Of a stretch of 64,000 nucleotides of DNA, positions 1 through 10,389 are shown piece by piece. Made by a program: the position numbers and the translations under genes. This DNA comes from Phaeosaccion multiseriatum (lineage: Eukaryota > Protista > Ochrophyta, other classes): the NCBI GenBank assembly GCA_965112735.1, contig OZ218963.1:806001-870000 (forward strand). The letters run 5' to 3'. How positions within the stretch are numbered: the first letter of the stretch is position 1; every line of letters begins with the position of its first letter. The notes beneath the pieces are model-generated. The model saw only the letters and a list, made by a program, of their open reading frames with translations, was not told the origin of the DNA and searched no databases.

Positions 1-1101
1 CTACAGGTGAAAGAGGAGGAGGGGGGAGGGTGGAAAGTCAATGGCTGGTTGGTGGGTAGTGGCTCAGTATGTGGATGGAAGGGTGGATGGGGTGGGTGGG
101 GGGGTGGAGATTCTCCTTATTATGTAGGTACAGTACTTGTAAGGGAGGGAGGGTGGAAAGTTGTACATGTTCACGCGACTTACACTCTAGCACCTCCGTC
201 CTCTTTCCTTCCTTCCTTCCTTCCTTCCTTCCTTCGTTCTTTCCATCCTTCCTTCCTTCCTTCCTTCGTTCTTTCCTTCCTTCCTTCCTTCCTTCCTTCG
301 TTCTTTCCTTCCTTCTTTCGTTCTTTCCTTCCTTCCTTCCTTCTTTCCTTCTTTCCTTCCTTCCTTCCTTCCTCCCTTCCTTCCTTCCTTCGTTCGTTCT
401 TTCCTTCTTTCCTCCGTCCCTTCCTTCCGTCCTTCATCCCCCCTTCCTTCTTTCTTTCCTTCCTCCCTTCCTTCGTCCGCTCCTTCCTTCCTTCCTTCCT
501 TCCTGCCCCCTTCCTTCTTTCCTTCCTTCCTTCCTTCCCTCCTTCCTTCCTTCCTCCCTCCCTCCCCCCTTCCTTCGTCCGTTCCTTCCTTCCTTCCTTC
601 CTTCCTGCCCCCCTCCTTCTTTCCTTCCTTCCTTCCTTCCTTCCTTCCTTCCTTCCCTCCTTCCTTCCTTCCTCCCTCCCTCCCCTCTTCCTTCTTTCCT
701 TCCTCGCTTCATTCTTCCTTCTTTCCTCCTTTCCTTCCTCCCTTCCTTCCTTGTGCGTGCAATTTCTTATTTTTCTCGTATCTTATCTTATCTTATCTCA
801 GGCATTTCCCGAGAGCGCAGTGGCAATCAACCTTAAATCCTGCAACCTCTTTCGACTGTACAACGGAAAGGTGGGTTGGCAGTGGAAGGAAGGGTGGGTG
901 GGTGGGTGGGTGGGTAGCAGTGGATGGCAGTGGATGGCAGCAGAAATGAAATGAAGAATGGAAAGAAAACGGAACGGGATACTGGGCATGGGGCCTGGGT
1001 TCTCTCTCTTCGTGTTGGTTCTCTCTGTTAGTGTTGTCGACGCCCCTTCCCTGTGTATGCGTTCTTAATCTTCTTCTGATGATGATGATGATGATGATGA
1101 C

Positions 1102-1136
<35 letters not shown>

Positions 1137-3487
1137 CGATGACCCCTCTCTCTCCCTCTTCTCCCCCTCCCTCCCTCCCTCCCTCCCTCCCCAGGCGGCT
1201 GAGACGGAACTCAAGACGCTGGCTGAGCAGGGTCACAACCTCCAAACTAACGATCTCATTCGACATAACATGGTGGTCTTCGCCAGCGGTCAGGTGCGGT
1301 ATAGGGAGTGCCGGGGTAGTTGGAGGTTCAGGTGGTTTGTGTTTGTGTTTGTGTATGTTTGTTGTGAAGCGTGAATGGATTGGCCGATGGAAGGGTTCGA
1401 ATTGACGGACCCCTTAGGTCATGGTACCTCGTGAGAACGATACTTTGACATCGATGATCACTGCTCAATGCTTTTGTTACGGACAACATTATCGAACCGC
1501 TGTCTTCTCCCCCCCTTCCTCCCTCCCTCCCTTCCTCCCTCCCTCCCTCCCTCCCTGTCTGCCTGCCTGCCTGCCTCCCCCCTCCCTCCCTCCGTCCCTC
1601 GCTCCCTCCCCCCTCCTCCCCTACCTCCTCCCCTCCCTCCCCTCCTCCATCCATTCATCCCTCCCTCTCTCCCTCCCTGCCTCCCTCCTCCCCTCCCTCC
1701 CTGCCTCCCTCCTCCCCTCCCTCCCCTCCTCCATCCATTCATCCCTCCCTCCCTCCTCCCCTCCCTGCCTGCCTCCCTCCTCCCCTCCCTCCTCCCCTCC
1801 TCCATCCATTCATCCCTCCCTCCCTCCCTCCCTCCGAGCTCAGGGGGCTCAGAAGGTGCTTCCTTCCCTTGTGGACTTCATCCCTGAAGCCAGGCTCAAC
1901 CTCGTCATTCACCATCTCCGCAACGACCAGGTACATGCAAATTGACACGCAAATTCATTCCTTAGGGCCTTGTGCAGTGCCCCCTTACAGGCTTGGGTGG
2001 CAGTTTGGATTGCAGTGTGCAATTTCATTTCGATTGATATGCTTGAGTAGTTTATTGTTGTTGAACTCACAACGAAGGCAACGCCTCTTCTCCTTCTTGC
2101 TCTTGTTCTTCTTCTTGTTGTTGTTGTTGTTCTTCTTCTTCTTCTTCTTCTTCTTCTTCTTCTTCTTCTTCTTCTTCTTCTTCTTCTTCTTCTTCTCCCC
2201 ATCCACTGCCATCCTCTTCCTCCTCCCCATCCACCATGATCCTCCTCCTCCTCCTCCTCGAGCAGGTGCAGGAGGCCTTCGACTTAATCAAGGACCTCGA
2301 ACCCTCAACACCCCAGGTAATAGAGTGTGAGGACGACAGTAGATGGGTGGGTGGGTGGGTCGGTAGATGGGTGGCTCCAATTCCTCCCTCTCTCCCTTCC
2401 CTTGCTCCTTCGCTCCCCATCCTTCCTTCTTCCCTCCCTCACTCCCTCCCTTCTTCCCTCCCTCCCTCCCTCCCTCCCTCCCTCCCCAGGAATACATCCT
2501 GAAGGGGGTTGTGAATGCCTCTTACGGTCAGAGTATGGGCAATCGGGAACATCTCAAAACAGCTCAGCAGTACTTTCAATTAGTGGGAGCCTCGGCCAGT
2601 GAGTGTGACACCATACCGGGAAGGCAGTGTATGTCAACTTGCTTCTTCCTCCTCAAGCAGTTTGAAGACGTTAATATCTACCTCAACTCCATTAAGGTGA
2701 GTGTTGCGGGTGTTTTCGTGGGTAGGGGTCGGTCAGTTGGTCCACAAATGGAGGGGAGGGAGGAAGGGGAGGGAAGGGAGGGAGGAAGGCAGGGAGGGCG
2801 GCGGGGAGGTAGGGAAGGAAGGAGAGAGGGAGGGAGGAAGCCCACACAAAACACTCGCAAGGAGGAGTGATAATGTTGGCACCCACCTACCGCACCCACC
2901 CACCCCATCTCATCCCACCCGCTTCCTCAAACCACTCACCCACCCGTCTACTGCCATCCCCTACCATCCCCACCCTCCCTCAGGCCTACATGTACAATGA
3001 CGACGACTTCAACTGGAACCACGGTATCTCCCTGGCAGCCACGGGCAGCTACAAGGTGAGTCATCAACAACCGCCATCCACTGCCATCCCTCGACTCCAC
3101 ACACTATCCCCTTGCAATCCATCCCATCCTTCCACTGCCATCCATCCGCCTTCTACCCGTCCTTCCACCGCCCCCCACTGCCATCCACTACCCATCCATT
3201 GCCATCCAGTGCCACCCACCACCCATCCACCGCCATTTCACCGCCTTCCACCTACCATCCACTCACCCCACCCTTCCATTGCCATCCGCTGCCATCCACC
3301 CTTAGGCCGCGGAGGAGAGTCTCTTACTCATCCAGAACGAGCGTTACAAGCAGGAGTACTGTTACATTTCGTGGCTAGCGAGGTACGGTTTCGATTTCCC
3401 AGGTGTTAGTTGATTTGTTGTGGACCCCTCGCATGACCTCAATCCACACTTGCGCCACCACAACACGGGCGAGGAGCTGGCGCAGGC

Positions 3488-3523
<36 letters not shown>

Positions 3524-4656
3524 ACATTTATACAGACTTAGAGGAGTCAACCTAAGCTTACGTAATTGAGTGCGGGCGCGTGCGTGACAGGGGGCAGGAC
3601 GGGCGGATCGAGACGCCTCCTCTACGCGCCTTATACGTATGCATACGTACTGCAGCAGCTCATACTCGGCTCCTCCTCCTCCCTCCTCGCTCGTCTTGCC
3701 CTTTCTCCCCCTTCCTTTCCCACCCTCTCTACTCTGCTCTGCTCTTCTCTATTGTACTTTACACTGCACCACACCACACCACACCACACCACATCAACCC
3801 CACCACACCACACCGACACCACACCCTCACTATTCTTATTCTACTCTACTTTACACTGCACCACACCACACCACACCACAACGACATCACACCCACACCC
3901 ACGTCAAACCCACACTACTCTTATTCTACTGTACTGTACACCAAACCCTCACCCTCACCCCCACCCACACCCACACCCACAAACTCTACTCTACTCCACA
4001 TCACACGTGACAACAGATGCTACCTCATGAATGGCAACCCTCGCAACGCATGGGAGCTGTACCTCAAGATGGAAACCTCCAACGAGTCCTTCAACCTCCT
4101 CCTCCTCATTGCCAACGACTGTTACAGAATGGGGCACTTTTTGCACTCCGCAAAGGCCTTTGACGTGCTGGAGAGACTTGATCCTGACCCCGAGTACTGG
4201 GAGGGGAAGCGGGGGGCGTGCGTGGGTGTGTTTCAAGCGGTGATTGCCGGCAAGGCAAGCAAGGTGAGCAGCGTGTTGGTGATACAGGGGAAGGGAAGGG
4301 GAGGGAAGGGGAGGGGTGGGGGTGGATCAGGAGAGAAAGGGGGGGGGGGGAACGTGGGAGGAGGGAGGGTGGTGCCACCGACTCAGTTTCAGTTTCAATG
4401 GAAGATGATGAATCCTCGTGAGCTCCTCACGTGTGTTGTGTGACTGTTGAGCCGACAACACAACACAACACGGGAGGGGTATATATATAACCTAAGAGCC
4501 CTCAGCTAACCTTTTCACTGTGACGTGACCATGAATCACCAACAGGAGGACCTGCGAGACGTGCTCAACATGGTGCGCAACGCGTCCAACCCGCAAGTGG
4601 AGTACATGGTGCGGACCATCAAGCGCTGGTGCAAGGACAACGACATAAAGATCTAA
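1..4656 (+). CDS. IFT56: Intraflagellar transport protein 56 (TTC26/DYF-13), 5' end outside window, multi-exon
   Basis: GT-AG exons approx. <1-6, 802-870, 1195-1293, 1844-1930, 2266-2316, 2490-2696, 2984-3055, 3306-3382, 4017-4263, 4546-4656. They join into [30 protein letters not shown]...[66 protein letters not shown]...[13 protein letters not shown]...[25 protein letters not shown]...[29 protein letters not shown], which matches the TTC26 sequence as I recognise it. Confidence 0.95.
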
Positions 4657-5035
4657 CGAAGCATGCATTAATGAAATAAAAATTAAAATACATCTAAAGC
4701 TTCTAGACAAGAGCCCCTTTAAGTAAGCCCGGCCGCCAAGAGCCGTTTCAGATGTCGTTACTGGAGCACCGTCCTCTCGCCCTTGGCTGCTGCCGTTGCT
4801 GCCTCCCGTGCCTCCCCCTCCAAGCGAAGAGGGCGCTTTTGTCGGCTTTGTTTGCTTGCTTATGAGGCTTGCTTCAGAAGGCTTGCTTCAGAAGGCAGCT
4901 TGCTTCAGGCTTGTTTACGCTTGGCTTACGCTTGCCTTAGGTCTTGCATGCGGCTTGCTAGGCTTGCTATAGGCTTGCTATAGGCTTGCGTGCTGGGTTC
5001 CCTATCTCTTCGCTCCTCCAAATGGACACCTTTTA

Positions 5036-5116
5036 GAATCGTGTCATACTCTCATCCACGACCTCTCCCACAAAGCTTAATCGTGTCATAATCTCATCCA
5101 CGACCTCCACAAAGCT
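5036..5116. repeat. Imperfect ~40-nt direct repeat just upstream of the secreted-protein start codon
   Basis: aatcgtgtcata(c/a)tctcatccacgacctc...cacaaagctt occurs twice in tandem, ending about 50 nt before ATG 5165. Confidence 0.8.
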
Positions 5117-5164
5117 TTGCTCTTTAGCCTCAGCCCTCAGCCCTTTAAGATAAGCACATCAGAT

Positions 5165-6248
5165 ATGCAGTCCTGTAAGACTATCTTGACAGTGGTGGCG
5201 CTCTTTGCGCTCGCTTCGCTGCCGGCAAATGCCCAGCAGACGGCGGTGAGTGGTCATTGGAGCGGCGGTAGGCAGTCGGAAAGCGCTCCAGAGGAAAGTT
5301 GTGCTCTAGCCGAGCCTGCTGCTGCTGGGGCGAGGGTCACACATAGCCGCCAGGGTCGTGTTTTGATTGAATCGTACCTCCTCGATCCCAGCCAATGTCG
5401 AAGTGCTGACCCATAAAGTACGCCCCACGCCCCACGCATGCACTCTTTGCAGACGGAAGCTCCCAGCGCTTCCACCCCTCAAGGCCGCTGCGGAAGCTGT
5501 AAGATATGACTCGCGCGTGCATCTAGCTAGGTGCCTGTCTGCCTCGAGATCCATCATATAACACCCTCTATCTGTCGCCCTCCCCCCCCCCCTTCGACTC
5601 CTCGGCTTAGACTGTGGCGATCTCCCGATCCTGCCCGGAATGACGGGATTTTCTTCTCCAGCTGCGCGTAACCCCGCCCCCGCCCCCGCCCCCGCTGACA
5701 ACGGTGGGCGTGGCCTTCGCGGCAGGAGCCTCCAGGACGGGTTTGATGAGCCGCAGGTGGGAGGGGGGGGAGGAGGGGGGGGAGCAGGAGGAGCCGGAGG
5801 AGCCGGAGGAGCCGGAGGAGCCGGAGGGGCGGGGGGAGCCGGAGGAGGAGAAGGAGGACCCGGCGGAGGAGGAGGACCCGGTGGAGCAGGAGGAGCAGGA
5901 GGAGGAGGCGGAGGCGGAGGCGGAGGCGGAGGTCCAGCCGTGTGCTACTGCTCCGCCACTTGCAGTGCAAACAACACATGTTGCCCAGACTTCGTCCCGG
6001 AGAACTGCAACTTCCCTTCTGTATCACCTGCTCCTGCCCCTGCTCCTGCCCCTGGAGCTCCTGCTGGCCCCGGCAACGTGGCCCCTGGCGGTGGTATCAA
6101 CGACCCCTTCCGCAACGCTGGTGGTGGTGGTGGTGGTGGTGGTGGTCTTGGGGGCTTCGGAGCCGACCCGTTCAACAACAACGACCCCTTCAATGGTGGC
6201 GGCTTTGGCAACGACAACAATGGTGGCGACTTTGGCTTTGGGGACTGA
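5165..6248 (+). CDS. Secreted Gly/Pro-rich protein (~254 aa) with a split somatomedin-B-like cysteine domain
   Basis: Exons 5165-5245 (signal peptide MQSCKTILTVVALFALASLPANA-Q), 5453-5498 and 5611-6248 have compatible phases (0, then 1). The product reads GRCGSYCG...109 aa...CYCSATCSANNTCCPDFVPENC, the 8-Cys SMB spacing C-x3-C...C-x-C-x3-C-x5-CC-x-D-F-x4-C. Confidence 0.7.
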
Positions 6249-7507
6249 GAGCTGCCGTGGCTGGTGAAGCGGGAAAGAACATTCCATCTCCCCCGCCTGG
6301 AGTGGAGTAGTAGAAAGGGTTCAAGTATAATAACATAAAAAAAAAGAATAAGAATAATATAATAATAAGTCTGAAGGCCCCCGCAATGACACCCACAACA
6401 CTGCTCCGACTGCTCGACTGCGCACCACACTTTTGCGCCCGCCAACCCCAATAAGCAGCCCTACTACTACAACTACCACAACAGTACACAACAGTACACA
6501 ACAGTACCACAACAGTACACAACAGTACACAACAGTACCACAACAGTACACGTGACAGAACCAACCGCCCAGCAGCGGCGCCGAGATGATGAATGTCCTC
6601 CCTCCATTTAATCCATGGGTGATCCATAAGTGCTCATTCATGGGCCTGACAGCAGGTGTCCTCGACCTCGTCCTATACATAATAATATATATTATATATA
6701 TAACGTATATAATATATGCATAAAATACTATATATATATATGCTCCTTCTTGCCGGCGTCATAACGTGCCCACATGACATCCTGGGGGAGGCCGCCATCG
6801 GAGTGGGGTTGAGTTTCGGTTGTAGTGTCGTATAGGTCCCATCGAGATGAACAAAGGGAAAGACGTAACATTACGTACGATGTGGCAAAGTAAGGCGGTG
6901 TCGTGAATGTGAATGTGTATGGTAGTTGGTGCGGGCATGCCTATAAGAAGGAGAGAACAAGAGTAAGTCATTGAGCGGCGCCAGTCAGCTGCTCCACCAC
7001 ACACCGCGGGATGGCAGTGGAAGGTCAGGAGAGAAGGTAAGGGACGTGAGGACGCGTGGCACTCCCCGCCCCACCACCCCCGGACATCCGCTGCCATCCT
7101 GTTCCTGCTCATGCTGCTGCTGATGGTGGGCATGCGAGGGAACAGAAACTGACACTGCGCCCTGCTCGGTCAAGCCGGCCTCCCTCCCTCTCCCTCCTCT
7201 ATGGCAGTGGATGGGGGGGTTCAGAGGATGGCAATGGATACCCACAGACCAAGGTCCCCCTATGCTTGCTCTCCGTCGGAAGGAAGGCAGTCCATGGCTC
7301 GACTTCCATCATCCGCCCCTCTGGTGCCATCTATGCCCTGTGCTGTATATCAACCGCACCGTGTCTCTCTCTTCCTGTGAGAAGGAAAGATGATGAAAGC
7401 CTCCCATCCATGTGCTGTCTGTCTGTGTATGTGTCCGTCTGTCTGTGTGTCTCTCTGTCTGCCTAACTGACTGTCTGTCTGTCCGTCTGTCTCTCTATCT
7501 GCCTAAC

Positions 7508-7580
<73 letters not shown>

Positions 7581-7850
7581 GCCTGCCTGACTGTCTGTCC
7601 GTCTGTCTGTCTGTCCACCCCCATCTCATCTCACTCCAACGAGAATGATCCCTCAGGTCGTGATGCCCTCCGCCTGACCAATACCCACATGCCTACGAGT
7701 AACATACGCCCATATGCCTGAGCTTTGCCCATTGTATTATGTTCATACGTCAGGCATATGGGCAACGGTCGCTTGTCCCTCCCGCATACTAATCATACAT
7801 CTATAATATATATACATATATATATAATATAGATAATATATGTACATATA

Positions 7851-9849
7851 TTACTTGGGCATAAAGGGTGTTGCCGAGAAGGTGTCTTGTGACCTCTTAA
7901 ACTCTGCTCAGTGTAGAGTATTGGGTATAGGGTATGAGGTATAGGGTATAGGGTACACCGAAAAGGAATAGGGAAGGGGTATAGGGGATGTGGTATACGG
8001 GTATGGGGCATGGGATGGGCAACGAAAGAGCGGACGGGAGTGGAAGGGTGGGGGTGAGGGTGGGAGGCGGCGGGGAAGGACGGGAAGCGGGGAAGGGTGT
8101 TAAGCTCCCGTGCATATGCACGCAGAGGAGTCAGTAAGCAGAGGGGAAGGCATAGAAAGGGAAGACAGAATAGAATCGAGACCCCCATTTCAATACAATC
8201 AACCCACCCCCTACACCCGCATCTTCCTTCGCGTATGTGTATGTGTGTGCGTGTGTATGTGTGTGTACGTGTGCGCGTGCCCTGTGCGTGTGTGCGTGTG
8301 TGTGTGTGTGTCCCTCCCTCCCTCCCTCCTTCCTCCTTCCCCCTTCTTGACCTGGGTGGTAGTTGAACTCCCGCTTGAGCAGCGTGATGCCCTCCTTATG
8401 CCTCTGCTTGGCCGTGTCGTAAAGGTTTCCGATGTCCCCCGTCATTGCCTTATACTTGGCCTCGAAGGGCCCAATGTCAGTGTCGTACTGCCCTGCCCAC
8501 GCGAGGCTGTCATCAACTCGCTTTTGGAGCTCGTCCCTGTGAGGGAGGGAGGGAGGGAGGGAGGGAGGGAGGGAGGGAGGGAGGGAGGGAGGGAGGGAGG
8601 GAGGGAGGGAGGGAGGGAGGGAGGGAGGGAGGGAGGGAGGGAGGGAGGGAGGGAGGGAGGGAGGGAGGGAGGGAGGGAGGGAGGGAGGGAGGGAGGGAGG
8701 GAGGGAGGGAGGGAGGGAGGGAGGGAGGGAGGGAGGGAGGGAGGGAGGGAGGGAGGGAGGGAGGGAGGGAGGGAGGGAGGGAGGGAGGGAGGGAGGGAGG
8801 GAGGGAGGGAGGGAGGGAGGGAGGGAGGGAGGGAGGGAGGGAGGGAGGGAGGGAGGGAGGGAGGGAGGGAGGGAGGGAGGGAGGGAGGGAGGGAGGGAGG
8901 GAGGGAGGGAGGGAGGGAGGGAGGGAGGGAGGGAGGGAGGGAGGGAGGGAGGGAGGGAGGGAGGGAGGGAGGAAGGAAGGAAGGGAGGAAGGAAGGGAGG
9001 AAGGGAGGGAGCGACTACTTTAGATCCACTTGACTTGTCGATCTCCCACACCTCTTGATTGGGTTGGCATTGTAACGTCCTGGCCATTCAACTGGAGCTC
9101 AAGGGAAACAGAAAGTGAAAGTACAGTTGTCGCATCACATCACACCACCACCACACCGACCTGCGCTTCTCGAGTAGGCCTATGTCGCGCTCGAAGTCGT
9201 GCTTACCCTTCTCATCCATCTGAATTTCAGTCTCCAGCACCTGTGAAGGGGCGAGGGCGGATGGCAGCAGGGGGCAGAGGGCAGAGGGAAGATGGCAACA
9301 AACGACAATGGCACACGCAGGAAAGCTTATGTGCGTTAGAGCTATACATAATGATTATGCTTAGAGCCATCGCTCCTGCACCGTTTTCTCTTTCTGAGCG
9401 CACAGCAAACCAAAACCCCCTTTTCATTTTTGTTCTCTCCCTTGTCAGTGGCTCCTTCTCAAGCTCAAATATGCAGCCCTTCCTACCTGTAGTTGTACGG
9501 AGAGGGTTTCTAGTACGCCCTTGATGCCGTTGGCCGTCCGGTTCATGCCCACAAAGGTCTGACGATGATGGGGGGAGGGGGTGAGGACGGCAGGAAGGAA
9601 GGAAAGAAAGAAGGAAGGAAGGCTATTTTATCAACGAGCCGGTGGGATGGGTGGAAAGAGGACAGTGATACACAAGAATGTGGGGGGGGGGGGTGGTGAA
9701 GGAGGAAGGAAGGAAGGAAGGAAGGAAGGAAGGAAGGAAAGAAAGAAGGGGGAGGAGAAGGAGGTCTTCTATTTTCTGTGCTCTACCTTTGGGGTCACCA
9801 CAGACGCCTTCAGCGCCTTGTGACCTCCACGCCCGCCACCGGCAGACAT
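7851..9849 (-). CDS. Uncharacterised ~150-aa coiled-coil protein, 5 exons
   Basis: Exons 9849-9787, 9558-9487, 9240-9161, 8537-8352 and 7903-7851 splice in frame at GT-AG sites: MSAGGGRGGHKALKASVVTPK-TFVGMNRTANGIKGVLETLSVQLQ-VLETEIQMDEKGKHDFERDIGLLEKRR-DELQKRVDDSLAWAGQYDTDIGPFEAKYKAMTGDIGNLYDTAKQRHKEGITLLKREFNYHP-EFKRSQDTFSATPFMPK*. Confidence 0.85.
8539..9010. repeat. (GGGA)n microsatellite in an intron; reads (CCCT)n on the sense strand next to the acceptor
   Basis: Near-perfect tetranucleotide array directly visible. Confidence 0.97.
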
Positions 9850-10182
9850 AGCTATCCTGTCCTAATATATTATCGCCTGCTTTGCTTTTTCCTTTGCTTG
9901 TTGCTTGCCTATGTTGATTGCCGGGGAAAACTTTAGGGTAGCACCAACGCGGGGTGTTCGCCAATTGATGAAACGGCTGAATCGAGGCGGGTGAGAAGGA
10001 TTCGAGACTCGAGAAGGGGCCTTGTCTTAGCTCTAGCGTTTCTTCGCCATCTCTGTCCTCCGTAGCTCGCGTAGCGATTGGGTGGACGGACGTCAAAGGG
10101 GGAACACAGGTTTTTGGGGGTTGGTCTTGAGCTTTTCTGTGTGCTGTCACCAACGAGCTGCTGCTGCTGTAGATAGGAAAGC

Positions 10183-10357
10183 ATGCCGCCCAAGAAGAAG
10201 GGCAAGGGCAAGGGGAAGAAGGGGAAGAAGGAGGAGGTGGTGCAGGAGGAGACAGAGTATGACAACATGGACCTGGAAATGCTCACAGAGGTGAGTGGAG
10301 CAGGAAAAGGAGGATGAGGAAAAGGAAGAAGGAGTAGGAAGAGGAGGAGGAGGAGAA

Positions 10358-10389
<32 letters not shown>

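Noticed and set aside
1345-1415. tRNA suggested by GGTTCGAAT
   Set aside because: No cloverleaf, acceptor stem or A-box; it lies within an IFT56 intron.
5704-6267. Alternative Glu-rich reading frame for the secreted protein
   Set aside because: The Gly-rich frame restores a full 8-Cys SMB pattern and fits exon phases; the Glu frame has no recognisable features.
9030-9100. Extra exon (MARTLQCQPNQEVWEIDK) in the minus-strand gene
   Set aside because: Exon 9240-9161 splices in phase directly to 8537 without it.
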